Shown here: positions 11,456 through 24,485 of the stretch, one piece after another
Layout: each line of letters starts with the position of its first letter
Numbering within the stretch: position 1 is the stretch's first letter
From: Octopus vulgaris
Lineage: Eukaryota
Direction of reading: 5' to 3'
Assembly (NCBI GenBank): GCA_951406725.2
Contig: OX597815.1
Coordinates: forward strand, 182,528,001 to 182,592,000
DNA: 64,000 bases
Program-made: the position numbers and the translations under genes
The notes under the pieces: generated by a model
What the model saw: the letters and a program-made list of their open reading frames with translations, nothing else
Told to the model about the DNA's origin: nothing
Databases searched by the model: none

Positions 11456-11722
11456 TCCCCCACCCTCACTGAAAGATGAACAATTATCTCCCCTGCCCCT
11501 AACAATAACGATAATCAATTACCTCTTCGTAGCTTTTCTACTTCTTGAATCATTTATTAATAAACTCCACATACAACATGGAAAAAAAATTTTGTGAAGA
11601 AAATACGTATTTAAATAAATTTTTATGTTATAATTAGCAAAAGCGAAACCGGTGGACAAACACAATATAAGATATATAAAAAATTATATTAAAACTATGA
11701 AAAGTGTGCATTTTTCTTCTTA
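11272..11722. repeat. Diverged inverted repeat, ~140-bp arms, probably Penelope-like terminal repeat
   Basis: 11272-11410 vs 11586-11722; the right arm has GTGAAGA...GCGAAACCGGT; related sequence at 27170-27310. Confidence 0.7.
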
Positions 11723-11756
11723 AATTTCACACACAAATACACACACCATATATATA

Positions 11757-11925
11757 GGGAGAATTCATAAAAAAAACCAAAAGTCGAAGACAGGTGGTGT
11801 AGACAACAAATAGATGTATTATTATAATGCTCGGGAACTGCAAAAGTCTTTAACGTTTCGAGCCTACACAGAAAGGAACACAGATAGAAACAAGGAGAGA
11901 AAATAAAGAATGTGTAGTGGCAGGC
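11757..11925 (-). mobile_element. Short (TA)n-associated repeat (putative PLE tail) with internally deleted hammerhead-like motif
   Basis: Reverse complement of the 52345-52522 family; minus strand reads CTTTCTGTGTAGGCTCGAAACGTTAAAG. Confidence 0.75.
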
Positions 11926-12007
11926 GATATATGTATATATACATATGTTTTTACTGCAAATAGTTTTTGTGAAGCAGTGCCGATTTTTACAATTAAATAA
12001 TAGTTAT

Positions 12008-12180
12008 AGTATTTTATAAGCTTGGCGCAATGACTAGAGATAATTGTCAAATGATGGGGCATATAAGCCCTCGACAGAAAGAAGTAGGTAACCTATTTTC
12101 ATCTCTCGAGGGCTTATATTAGACAATTTTCCTAAGTCGTTGCACGGTGATCGCAATAAACTTTAAGCTTACAAAATACT
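12008..12180. mobile_element. Small fold-back element (MITE-like)
   Basis: Nested pairings AGTATTTTATAAGCTT/AAGCTTACAAAATACT and ATATAAGCCCTCGA/TCGAGGGCTTATAT. Confidence 0.7.
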
Positions 12181-12195
12181 GGTATAAATAAATAA

Positions 12196-12224
<29 letters not shown>

Positions 12225-12228
<4 letters not shown>

Positions 12229-12362
12229 CTTTATTTAAAAGCAGCAGAAATGTATATATTTTGTTGAATCTCTGCTGCTTTTAAATAAAGTATAATACTC
12301 TACCTCTGGTATTTGAGTACTCCTTTTTCCACCTTGTATCACATTTATGTGTTTACTCCGGT
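12225..12362. repeat. (TA)n-embedded repeat with 24-bp perfect hairpin
   Basis: 12225-12248 pairs with 12271-12294. Confidence 0.75.
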
Positions 12363-12382
12363 ATATATATATATATTTATAT

Positions 12383-12427
12383 ATACATACATACATACAT
12401 ACATACATACATACATACATACATACA

Positions 12428-12458
<31 letters not shown>
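12383..12458. repeat. (ATAC)n microsatellite
   Basis: Directly visible. Confidence 0.95.
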
Positions 12459-12460
<2 letters not shown>

Positions 12461-13141
12461 GTATATATACAGGAAGAGTAAGATATTTGAGGACAAAATT
12501 GTGTTTATAAAAACATATATATGATAACAGGTAATAACTTTATTATATCAACAATGCTACGAGGATAAAAATAAAAACTTCTTTTCAATAATGTTATTCA
12601 ATAAAGCCATAAGTCGTATTAACTTGTGTCATCTTCGCACCAGCCTCAACTATAGCGATAGTGTGCTTCGTTGAATAGAGGCACCTGAAATGGTTAATCC
12701 CAACGCAGATCATTGCTTGATATGGCCGTCAGGACATAGTCGACACAGCAACCATAGATAAATTTGGTCACGTCTTTTCGACAGCTACTGAGTATGTACC
12801 CCTTTGCTTGGGCAAAGAGATAAAGCTGACAACATATCCCAAGAGAACAGTAACAACCGATTCGCTAGATCGTCATAAACGGCCCGAATCAGAACTTTTT
12901 TTCCTGTGGTAAGCGTACCTCCACTTTAGAAAGCACAGATCATGACATTTGCTAAGATATTGTTTGATTGACGTATATTTTTCAGATGCAGAATATTTGA
13001 AGGAAGAAGGTGGCATTTGAGATTTTTTTTAAAAATGGATCTCAGGATCCAATCTAGACCAAGAAAAATGCGACAAATAATTTTAGGAATGTATATAAAT
13101 TACATCCCCAACACGCAAACATATAAAGAAACATGCACACA

Positions 13142-13207
<66 letters not shown>

Positions 13208-14734
13208 GGGTTACTGTGTTGTACCCACGGTAGCTAGATAGCTGGTTGATTACTGGCCTGCTCGTTCAGTCAGATTTTAGACTAGTAATAGTGGCGTGAA
13301 TTGCATTTTCATTTATTGGTGTCATACAGATAATATTTTACTAATTCTATTAAATACTTGAAAGTAGACTACACAGGAAAATATCGAAACCCTGTCACTG
13401 GTATTTTTCTAATATCAGTCGTTTCAATACTGAAAAGTTAGACTTTACTCATAAGAATGTTACTTCACTTTTATCATGATTTTTAGTGGGTTTTTTTACA
13501 GTTTAAGCCAACTAACCATGTTTCCTTTTGTAACAGACGATTGAATTTGACTTGAAAGATATTATTGCTCGTTTAACTAAAGATACCTTAGATAAAGTGG
13601 TAAATACGTGTTACTACTTTCTTGTACACTTTATTTTCTCCTCTCATTTAAGACTTCACTTCTTGAAATACATAAAAGTTTACTATATCTTCCGTAAGCT
13701 GTTTATTTACTTACATCGTATTTATCGTGTTCTATTTTCACAAACAACAAAAGCTAATAAACAGGTTGAATATAAAAGATTTATATTCCTTTTAAGTTCA
13801 TGGATTAGATGAAGCAAGATGTAAAATAATGCCTCGACTTTTCCTCTCTTTTTTTCTTTGGTAATAACTGCCATGCGATTAGAAAACATACGAAGACAGT
13901 TTTGCACAGATATATATGAATGGGATAGCCAAAAACAGAACATTATCGATCATCGGTCGGCTAAATATGTACTGACATGGAACTAAACAAGAACAACAGA
14001 ATAATGATAACAACGCGGAAGGTATAAATGCTTGGATGTGAAAAGAGAAGGAAATGAAATTTAAAGTTGAATAGGGAAATACGATGAGACAAGAAGTTAT
14101 AAGTAAAAAGCATTAAAACGCAATTATGTCTCTCAAATAAGTTTTGGAAAAAAATAATACATGAGATGACGTATTTGTTGGCATTTGTCTAAATAGATAG
14201 AACCGTGATGGATGAAACATATTTGATCATACATCTGCATGGACAACAATGATCTGGGAGCCAAACAAGACATGTTTTTAATATCAAGTGCGGTGCTGTC
14301 ATGGAGCAAGGTAAAGGGACTGTGCGCTGATATAACTATAACAAAATAATATCGTTATATATATAGAACGATACACTAGCAAAATAATATCGTTATATAT
14401 ATATAACGATATACTTGTAAAATATTAGTCTTAAGCATTTTTCTATATCAACATACTATAACAGCTTATCAGATTTTAAGTAAGGAGTACAATGTTAATG
14501 CAATCTAACTATTTCCATAGTTGTCTGTTTTCTGCAGACAGCAAATGAAACAATTTTAAGATAATATTTCTTAATTTGATATTAATTATTATTTGAGAGG
14601 TTATTTCTTAAGTCATTATCGATTATTTCCCCTTTACCGTGAAATTCTTTGAGATCTTTGTTTCCTTTCTCAAAAGCATTTGTCTCAATATCATCTCAAC
14701 ATTATCTCAACATTGTATACATACGTGAGCACGC

Positions 14735-14835
<101 letters not shown>

Positions 14836-14840
14836 ATATA

Positions 14841-15402
14841 CAGGGTGGACTAGAAGCAGGTTTACAGTTATCGTGTAGGCACTTTAAATCTCTCTTAAAA
14901 CATTTTATTACATTTAAATTTCTATCTTACCATCATATTGTTTATGCATATCTTAAACAGACAATGCTTAATCTCTCAGATGCTCAAAATGTCCCCCTTC
15001 AACATTGCAACAGTCTTTAAACCTCCTCAGAACACTCTGACACACAGTGCGGCACAAATTCCGATATCCATCAAATTCAATGAATGCGTCAGAAATATAT
15101 TTTTTTAATACATTTACTGTTTGGGGATTCTTCTCATAAACCTTGTTCTTTACAACAACCCCACCCACAAGAAAAAAAGAAATCCATTGATGTTAGGACA
15201 GGTGGACATTCGTGCTGCCCGTCTTGCAAACCAACGCTGTGGAAAGGCTTGGTTAAGGTAGTCTCTTACTGTCAACGCATAATGTGGAGATGCTCCATCT
15301 TGCTGAATAATGGTTCCATATTTTTTTTATAATTAAGATCTAAACTATTAATATATGAACGCGAAAGAGAAGAACTGCAAACCGACATTTGGGTCCACCC
15401 TG
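14841..15402 (-). mobile_element. Internally deleted Tc1/mariner transposon (DD41D/rosa-like)
   Basis: TA-CAGGGTGGAC...GTCCACCCTG-TA termini; transposase C-terminal remnant inside. Confidence 0.88.
14968..15310 (-). pseudogene. Tc1/mariner transposase C-terminal remnant
   Basis: QQDGASPHYALTVRDYLNQAFPQRW...LTSMDFF...KNKVYEKNPQTVNVLKKYI...CCNVEGGHFEHL, with frameshifts. Confidence 0.85.
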
Positions 15403-15725
15403 TACACAAACCTGACTCCTGAATATTAATACTGAAGCAGGCAAATAGTTATTAACTAGAGATCCGTTTATTTTGATTTCCTTACTTCGTCTTGGCTTTT
15501 CATTGGAATCATTTAACATGCTTTGGCCTCCTATAGTGAACACGGTCATCTATTATACACCCCACACTTCGGACATTTTCCTTGTCGTATTTACACTTCA
15601 TACATTCAGTGCGTAGAACTGTTTGGTTTTATAGTTAGATGAATCGAACATTGAATTAATATTGAAATTGTCGAAAACATAAATAAATATGTAACAATCT
15701 CACAAAAATTATAAAGTATGATATA

Positions 15726-16010
15726 TATGTGTGTGTGTGTGTGTCTGTGTGTGCGTGTGTGCGTGTGTGTTTGCGCATGTGTGCGTATGTGTTTCTTTTG
15801 CTCGTTTGTGTTTCCTCGTGTACTTGTGTGTGTGAGTATTTGTATTTGTATGTGTGCGCGTGTGTGTGTTTGCTCCTCTATGTGTGTGCGTATTTGTGTG
15901 TGTATGTTTGTGTTTGTATGTGTCTGTATGTTTGTGTTTGTATGTGTCTGTCTGTGTGTGTTTGCTCCTCTGTATGTGTGTGTGTGTGTGTGTGTATGTG
16001 TGCGTGTGTT
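15726..16010. repeat. Degenerate (TG)n compound microsatellite
   Basis: Directly visible; explains ORFs 15709-16290 and neighbours. Confidence 0.9.
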
Positions 16011-16304
16011 TTCTTAGGGAAGCAGTCAGACGACCAGAGATAGCGAGAGAGACAAGGGAGAAGTAATCAGGTGTAAAAATAATGCATAACAATGAATGTT
16101 GTCTAAATTTGATAAAGATAACACACTGACGCTCTTGTATGTTCGCCCACTTTCTCTCAAGTGTCTGGTCTATTTCATTGCCTCGACTTGTCGGAGAAGA
16201 TAATTGCTGCAAATTGAAACAAAGGTGTACAGAGAGATACTCAAACAGGCGCACACTTGTGTGTGTGTGTGTCTGTGTATAGATAGTCAAGTAGATAGAC
16301 AGAC

Positions 16305-16340
<36 letters not shown>

Positions 16341-16361
16341 GGATAGATAGATAGTCAGACT

Positions 16362-16428
<67 letters not shown>

Positions 16429-16452
16429 TTGTCATATATATATATAAATATA

Positions 16453-16485
<33 letters not shown>

Positions 16486-16500
16486 TTATGTATGTATGTA
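16305..16500. repeat. (TA)n, (GATA)n and (ATGT)n microsatellites
   Basis: Directly visible. Confidence 0.95.
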
Positions 16501-16799
16501 TAAAGAAAAAAGAGAGAGAATGAGAGAATGAGTGAAAGAGGGTGTAAATAATGTTTTTCAAAATGTTTCTCATACGAAGCATTACAAGTATTGTTATTAT
16601 AGTTTTTAATTTATTAGAATGAAAGTGGAATTAGTTATCAGAAGTACTTGTGGAAGATAATCCTGTTTGCGATACAATTAGAACAAATTAATGTATATGA
16701 AGTTAAATACTATTAGCTTAGCTGTAATTCATAAGATACATCTGATCGCATTATCCTTATTCTAGGTCAATTCTTGTCTATACTCGCGTATCCATAGAC

Positions 16800-17055
16800 C
16801 TAAGCTATTGACTTGCAAAAATATACGTACATAGAAGCAATTACTCTACTATTGCGTCCAACTCTATTTGCAATGGATGTGTGCATTTTTTAATCTATTT
16901 CTTAACTGCGCTGGGATTAAATATGAGGAGTTGATAGACAGCCGACAACTGCTGTAGGCTCCTTTCTCTGTATCTACTTGTCCTGTATTCCACTTTTTTT
17001 CTCGTTGTGTACGTATTTCATGTTATTTGCACCGTTGGTGATGTCCTGAATCATA
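16800..17055 (+). mobile_element. Possible Penelope-like 3' remnant
   Basis: LTALGLNMR resembles the L-P-GLN C-terminus of PLE endonucleases; followed by GACAACTGCTGTAGG, similar to the 6056 motif. Confidence 0.3.
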
Positions 17056-17069
17056 TATGCATATGTGTA

Positions 17070-17119
<50 letters not shown>

Positions 17120-17309
17120 CATGTATCTATGTATGTATGTATGCATGTATGCATATATATATGTATGTTTGTATACGCATATATCTATATATATAAGTAT
17201 ATGTATATATATATATATATATACACGTACGTATATATATATATACATATACATATTACACACACACATACACACACGCACACACGCGCGCACACACACA
17301 CACACACAT

Positions 17310-17378
<69 letters not shown>

Positions 17379-17394
17379 TGTATATGTTTGTGTG

Positions 17395-17600
17395 TCAGTA
17401 TTTGTCCCCCCTCCACCATCGATGGACAGCCGATGTTGGTGTCTTCACGTCCCCGTAACTTAGAGGTTCGGCAAAAGAGACTGATTGAATAAGTACTAGG
17501 CTTACAAAGAATAAGTCCTGGGGTTGATTTGTTCTACTAAATGCGGTGCTCCAGCATGATCGCAGTCAAATAACTGAAACATATAAAAGTATAAAAGAGT
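17395..17600 (+). mobile_element. SINE family B, 3' half
   Basis: CCCCGTAACTTAG...GGTTCGGCAAAAGAGAC...GGTGCTCCAGCATG tail matches 34572-34983. Confidence 0.88.
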
Positions 17601-18163
17601 ATATAAATGTGTGTGTGTGTGTGTGCGTGTGTGTGTGTATGTGTGTGTGTGTGTGTACGGAAGATGGAAGATGCGAGAATTTTAATTAATCACTACAATA
17701 GTTTCGACCCATCTAGCATCGATGCCACTCGCGTGGGATACTTAACAACTGGTTGAAGAGCATCCGACGGTGCAGATGTGTCTTCGGTTATTAAATAAAT
17801 ATCACTCGTTCAAATAACAGTTCTGCAATGTATCTTCTCACAGAAAAAAACAAGAAACTAAAATATGTAGCTTCATTTAAATAAGAAGATCAAGAATAAA
17901 AGAACATATGTAAAAGAGAAATGAACACGCAATACAGCCAGTAAAGTATTTAAAATAACCATTTACGGATATGCACGGCGCATGTACACTCGCTCATACA
18001 TGCATCCACGAAGATGTAACCATACACATACCTGTAGTTCGGTGCATACACACGTTGACATAGAGAGTTAAATAGCTACTTGGTGTTTTTTAGAACGAGG
18101 AGGTTAAATCCAAACTTATTTCATCTATGCCTTAATGTAAAGTATGTTAGAATTTACACAAAT

Positions 18164-18455
18164 TCATTCCAACTGCATTGTTATTGAGGTCTTCACTTGT
18201 ACATTCCACCAGTATTCTTTTTCATTGTGAGTGGCTTTAGCTTCTAGCAAATTGTGAGTTTTTATTTCTTTGTCCTCGGGATTATGTTTCTGAAGGATGT
18301 CATTATAGAGTGTCCTAGCTACAATGTCATGTCTCATCGGTAAATAATACCGTGATAATATTTTCGGGAAACTGCTTATGATGTGGGTGATATCTTCAGT
18401 GAGAACTCCACAAAGTCTGCATCGGTTGTCACATCTTACGGCTTTTCCCGTATCT
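18164..18455 (-). pseudogene. RLE-type non-LTR retrotransposon fragment (R4/Dong/NeSL-like): zinc knuckle and linker before the endonuclease
   Basis: CRLCGVLTEDITHIISSFPKILSRYYLPMRHDIVARTLY...EYWWNVQVKT; CxxC-H-(C) knuckle plus RHD motif. Confidence 0.85.
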
Positions 18456-18479
18456 CTATCCCTTTTGTGCATTAGGTAC

Positions 18480-18592
18480 ATGTATGTATGCATGCATGTA
18501 TGTATGTATGTATGTATGTATGTATGTATGTATGTATGTATGTATGTATGTATGTACGTACGTACGTACGTACGTGTGTATGTATGTATGTA
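18480..18592. repeat. (ATGT)n microsatellite
   Basis: Directly visible. Confidence 0.95.
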
Positions 18593-19174
18593 TTTACCAA
18601 CCTATCAAAAAAAATTACAGAAGTAATGAATATTATCTAAAATATGACGAAGATCATAGAATTATTTATGGCGATCTCTAGCCACGGAAAAATATATTTC
18701 TTCAAACTCATATTAATTTAACAAAAACAACAAACTTATATAAGTTTTCTCACTGAGGATGGCGTTACTGAAACAGTAAAATAAAATGGTAGAAAAGAAC
18801 ATATTAACAGAAGCGTTGAAGATGGATCATCAGAAACTCCAACACAAACTACACACTAGAAAAACCGTAGCACGACTAAATATATATAAAAGGGTCCGAC
18901 ATTAAGTTATATCCACAAGAGCAAACTACCAGGACAGACCGAGTAATCGAATATATTAATAAACTGCGACAGTAGTCCTAGAATGCGAGCGTGATGCTAA
19001 TCGATTCAGATGTTTTTCACCGAGGAAAGTGAATATAATTCATAATTTTCCTGGAAAATGTCGGAAGAAAATACTTTTTTTGTCTAGCAAAATGGAGAAA
19101 AAGGAATTCAACAGAAAATAAAAATGCAAAAACAATTCAAATATATAAAATATTATAATATCAATAATAAAGAC

Positions 19175-19585
19175 CCGTGTTTGAAGCACATGGATGAGGT
19201 GTGGTTGTGTAGTAGGAAGTTGAGTACCACTGTGTGACACCTAAGGCAAGACTTTCTATCACAGTCTCGAGCTGACAAATCCTTGTAGGTGGATTTGGTA
19301 GATGTAGACAGAAATAATTCCGCTGTATATATGCATGTGTGTGTATATGCATGTGTGTGTTGTCATCGCGTCTGTCATAGTTCCTCACACCGTTTGACAA
19401 CATGTGTTGGCGCATTTACGTCTCTGTAACGTAGCGGTTCAGCAACAAACCGATAGAATAAGTATCAGGCATAAAAATAGAAAAATAGAAACAGAAGCAT
19501 TAGAGTCGATTCATTGGACTAAAAATTCTTCAAGGTAGTGCCCCAGCATGGCCGCAGTCTCATGACTAAAGCAGGTGAAAGATCA
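19175..19585 (+). mobile_element. SINE family B, diverged full-length copy
   Basis: CACCTAAGGCAAGACTTTCT (CORE-like), GGATTTGGTAGA, and tail CCCCAGCATGGCCGCAGTC. Confidence 0.8.
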
Positions 19586-19651
19586 AAGCTAAGCATACTT
19601 GTTGGGTATCCTCAAGAGCTTCTTGTCAAAAACACGATATATACACCCCCT

Positions 19652-19868
19652 AATAATGGCTTCAAAATTTGGCACAGGCCAAAAATTTAGGGCGAGGTGA
19701 TAATTCGATTACATCGACTCCACTTCATAACGGGTACTTACTTTAGCGGCTCCGAAAGGATGAAACTTAAAGTCGAATTCGGTGGAATTTGAATTCAGAT
19801 CACAGACAGACGATGTACCGCTAAGCATTTTGCCCGGCGTGCTAACGATTCTAGTAGCTCACCGCCTT
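19652..19868 (-). mobile_element. SINE family A
   Basis: Ends GCTAACGATTCTAGTAGCTCACCGCCTT, the reverse complement of the head. Confidence 0.85.
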
Positions 19869-20559
19869 ATATACTCTTATTAATAAGATGTCTTACAGGT
19901 ACTTTCATAAAGAAGTAACAATCTTAAAGAGACTAGCCAGCAAAGAGAGTAGAACAAAATCTTTTTAGCATAATCAAGGAGTACAAACGATCACAAGTGG
20001 AAACGTTCAGAAATGTGCAACTGTTACGTTAGCAAGTCCCAACAAAACCACATAAGGCCAACACTTTAATTTTTGCACGGTAACCGACATCTAAGAATGT
20101 CAAAGGACCCTACCTATGTCTTTTAGAAGACCCTTTCTGATATTCCTGAACCAGCCACAAGAGTATTAAAGTGTTAAGAAAATTGGAGTTACTACTTGAA
20201 TCCACTGAATGAAAATAATGATAATAATTACAACAATGATGATGATGATGATCATCATCATCATCATCATTTTCCATCTAATATATACATTCCTCAGGTC
20301 TCCGGTTGTCCCCCTGACGGAAGATGAAATAAAATGCAAATCAATCGGAAAATAATAACACATTTTCAAGCAATAATTTTGGATTGCCTTCTTAATGATT
20401 TCATTTACATAATATCTCGTTAATGTACATAGTTAAGCAAACGCAACAAAAATCGTGTTTGATTTCCGGGTTGTTTCTTTATTATTTTATTTTTGTTGTT
20501 TTTTGTTTCTTTTTGGTGATTGAGAGAAAGATTTTCTGCTGGCCTTCATTCGTAGTCTT

Positions 20560-21110
20560 TGTAGATCAACCGATACCAACGGGGTTGACTCCTGTGGATA
20601 TCGAAAGAAGAAGTGACTTAAGAATAGCTAACGGAAAGTGACTCGAAGTCTGCCAGCTCCAATGAGCAAAGATCATTTTGATAGCACTAGAAAAGGCAGA
20701 GAAACGAGTCAACACTCTGTGGGCCAAAGTTTAGCGTGTGTTTGTTGGTGAGTAATGTCCTAACAATCTATCTCATTTTCTGTAATTTGAAGGCAATTTG
20801 AATGCAACGTGTGCATGGATAGTTGAGGTACCGTTCCAGATAGAGAAGCATTACTCTAATGAAACTATTGCGGACATGATATCGTAAACGATGCATACAT
20901 ACTGGGGTTCCGACTCTGTAGAGAGTGATATAAATTTGAAAGGAATAGCTTACAGACAGGGACGCAAAATATCATGTTGGTAACAAAACTGTGTCCTTTG
21001 ATGAAACGTAGCCCTGACACGATAATGTATATTTGATCACCATTGCTTCTTGAAATATCAGTTTAGATTATGGAAACTCGTTACTTGCAGATTTACCAAC
21101 ATAAAAATCG
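20560..21110 (-). pseudogene. Degraded CR1/L2-group LINE ORF2 C-terminal remnant
   Basis: Minus strand gives LE*CFSIWNGTS (cf. LEYCSHIW) and LCLF*CYQNDLCSLELA (cf. LFYRYY-G-CS-EL). Confidence 0.5.
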
Positions 21111-21824
21111 ATTAAAATATCGATCAATGATTGCCACTGTTCGTATTTAATGTAAGACACAACAAAGAATATGTTACCAAAAATTCTAACAAATCACTCC
21201 CAAAAGAAGTCCACAGATCAAAGTTGCTCAATAACTCCTGTGAACCATTATAAAATATTAGCGATGGCGATAATGTTTTTTTTTCCAATTCTCATGTTGG
21301 TAGAATAAATCTTTTATTGCCATTTTTCCTCATATTTATGTTGATAAAATTTCTTATTTTATTATAACATAAATATAACATTTGTATTATTTGTATAAGA
21401 TTTATTTCATATTTGAATTAGATCGGCGTTACTAGTAGAGAGGAAATAAATCATAGGTTTAATCCATGATTAATGTATCTGTTACCTGTAAAAAATAAAT
21501 CATCAAAACGTGTATAAAAAACACCAACAAGAAGTGATTGCGCACATTCCATGAACATTGATATCACTATTCATATGGACAGAATATCATATCAAATATC
21601 TTCATTGGACCTATAAGTAATCTTTCGTATTGATTATAAAATTTAATTGACTGATATCTAAATATTTTATGTATTTTGTGAAAAATAGTAAAATACGCAG
21701 CTGGTAATATAGAATTTGAATAGAGAAAAAAATCATTTGTATCGGGAAGTGAGAAATATGACTGATATACGAATATCTTCTCAGTTGTGAGTGATACCAA
21801 CATAACAGTCATCTGCACTTTTAC

Positions 21825-21950
21825 TTTTATGTTTACCTGTTTCGGTCATTTGACTGCGGCCATGCTGGAGCACCGCCTTTAGTCGAGCAAATAAACCCCA
21901 GGACTTATTCTTTGGAATCCTAGTACTTATTCTATCGGTCTCTTTTGGCT
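21825..21950 (-). mobile_element. SINE family B, 3' end
   Basis: GTCATTTGACTGCGGCCATGCTGGAGCACCGCC. Confidence 0.88.
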
Positions 21951-21959
21951 GATAGACTG

Positions 21960-22185
21960 ATTGGGCAGGTTTACCTGTTTCCGCTGTGTGTATATTCCCC
22001 ACATGTACGAGACGCCGGTCCGTCTCAGTACTTCTCACTTTTTGCCACATGAATGGACTGGCGCAAAGCGAAATTAAGCGCTATGCTCAAGGAGACAATG
22101 CGTCACCTGGGTGAAGAATTGAAACCACAATCTTACTATCATGAGTAGTCCAATACCCTAATCGGCCACTACGCTACACGCCTCC
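21960..22185 (-). mobile_element. Degenerate tRNA-derived CORE-like SINE
   Basis: Minus strand TTGAGCATAGCGCTTAATTTCGC (CORE-like), plus a tail resembling type 1. Confidence 0.55.
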
Positions 22186-22244
22186 ACTCTCTCTATTTCT
22201 CTATCACCCTCTCCCCCCTCTCTCTATATATATATGTATGTATG

Positions 22245-22460
22245 TATGTATGCACGTGTGTGCATCTTTGTGTATGTATTTCTTCCCCATTCACGCTGTA
22301 CAACCGGTATTGTCGTGTTTACGTTCACGTAAATAAGCGTTTCGGAATAGAGACTCAAGAAAATAACTTCATGGCTTTAAAAAGACTCAAAAGTTCTTCA
22401 AGGTTATGCCCCAGCATGGCCGCAGTCTAATGAGCGACAACAAGTAAGAGATAAACGATA
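22245..22460 (+). mobile_element. SINE family B, diverged 3' half
   Basis: GCCCCAGCATGGCCGCAGTCTAATGA tail. Confidence 0.7.
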
Positions 22461-23007
22461 AAAGCTAAAATTTATTTTTTTAGATATCTAGTTATATGAA
22501 TTTTTAAAGAAGCTATGCTCAAAATTGTAATTTTTTTCTAGGTGTCCTTTTCATTATAAATATAATTGATTTTTGTACGTAATAATAACATGAACTTAAA
22601 ATTTATTATGAAACAAGTATTGATATGATTTTGGAAGCAAATTTCAGAATTGTTCCATGAGATGGAGTAAAGACGGAGTCGATCCTTGCGTGATTTGAAC
22701 TTTTATCAATATTAAAAACGATATTGATATTCAACATCATGCAAGATGTTTTTTAAAACTATAATTGGGAGGCTGGTGGTGAATCTGTACTCGCTAGCAA
22801 CAGGCTCTATTCAATTGAGTCTCTAAAATAAATAAATCGGGTATCTTTTTACAATTTGAAATGACTTGAGCAATAAATGGATGTTTGAAAAGCAAGCAAT
22901 TTTCTATTAATATCTCAGACGTCTAGAGAATATAAATTCTTCCATTGATATATTCTGTGAGATAACCATGTGATACAAAGATAATCACATCACACACACA
23001 CACGCAT

Positions 23008-23076
<69 letters not shown>

Positions 23077-23441
23077 CGTGATAAGTACATCTATGTTACG
23101 GTTTGCGCACCAGTCTTGTTTTCTTACATAGTTTTCTCCCTCACTTTAAAATTACCAGACGAAAATAATCAATAATTGTCAGATTTTAAAAGAGTAAACG
23201 GAATGATTTCGTTTCTCTCATGTACAGTTTATCACTAAGGACTTAAATTGTTCATTTTTCAGCAACAAATAAATAGTTGTAATAGTAAACTATTAAATCA
23301 TTGCCGTTAATTGCATTGTGTATGTTATCCATTCGCTGCCATAAAGAATATAATACTTTTAGGAAAGTAGAGAGTAACTTTGCATGTGTTTAACATTGTT
23401 CACTTCAAATCCTTTTTTATTTCCCTAAAATCGTTTTGTGT

Positions 23442-23776
23442 GAAGGCGCATGGCTCAGTGGTTAGAGCGTCGTGCTTACGATCATGAGGTTGTGAGTTCG
23501 ATTCCCGGATCGTGCTGCGTGTTTTGTTCTTGAGCAAAACACTTTATTTCACGTTGCTCCAGTTCACTCAGCTGTAGAAATGAGTTGCAACATCCCTGGT
23601 GCCAAGCTGTATCGGCCTCTATGCCTTTCCCTTAGATAACATCACTGTTGTGGAGATGGAAGGCTGGTATGCAGGGCCGACTGCTGGCCTTCCATAAACA
23701 ACCTTGCCTGGACTTGTGCCTCGGAGGGTAACTTTCTAGGTGCAATCCCATGGTCATTCATGACCGAAGGGGGTCT
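23442..23776 (+). mobile_element. tRNA-derived SINE family D
   Basis: A box TGGCTCAGTGG, B box AGTTCGATTCC, CORE-like TTCTTGAGCAAAACACTTTAT, and a unique tail. Confidence 0.88.
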
Positions 23777-24280
23777 CAATAAAACGTTTCGTTTGTGTTT
23801 GTATATATATATATATATAAAAGTGAGTAGAGATAGATAGATAGGTAGATAGATAGCTAAAAAGAAAGATATTCATACACATGTATTTATGCTTATATAT
23901 ATGTATAAATATGTACGTATATATATACATATATGTATGTATATGTGTGTCGCTGTGTGTGGTTGTGTGTGTGGCGGTCTGTATGCGTGTGTGTATATGT
24001 GTGTGCATGTGTGTGTACGTGTGTATACAATTTCTTATTGGAATTTGATATAATTTATGCAACAATTTAGTCTCGCATGGTTACCCTATTTCATTGCCCT
24101 CCGAGTAAAGTACACTGCATTTGCTTTCATGCTGCATAAATATTAAAAAAGAAAGTGTAATGTATTAGAATATTTAAAACAAAAAATCTAATTTCTTCCC
24201 TAGAAATATTAACGCTCCTTTTAATCGGATGTCAATATTGATCTTTTCTCATATTAAATTATTTTTGTTGTTGTTGCTGT

Positions 24281-24485
24281 GAAGGTGAGGAACTTACAGT
24301 ATTGTTAGCATGCCGGACAAACTGCTTGATGGCATTTCATCCGAGTTCAACTTCCGCTAATCCGACTTTGCTTTCATCCCCTCAGTGTCGATAAAATAAG
24401 TACCTGTTGAACACTGGGGTCGATGTAAGCGACTATACCCCTCCCCCAAATTTTCAGGCCTTGTGCCTACATTAGAATGGATATT
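24281..24485 (+). mobile_element. SINE family A, diverged
   Basis: GACTTTGCTTTCATCCCCTCAGTGTCGATAAAATAAGTACC core. Confidence 0.8.

Noticed and set aside
14341-14425. Two ~38-bp tandem units, each with a small hairpin
   Set aside because: Adequately explained by slippage around (TA)n; no functional signal.
23442-23520. tRNA genes at SINE heads (also 966, 27736 and 54352)
   Set aside because: A and B boxes are present, but there is no closed acceptor stem and each continues into a SINE body.
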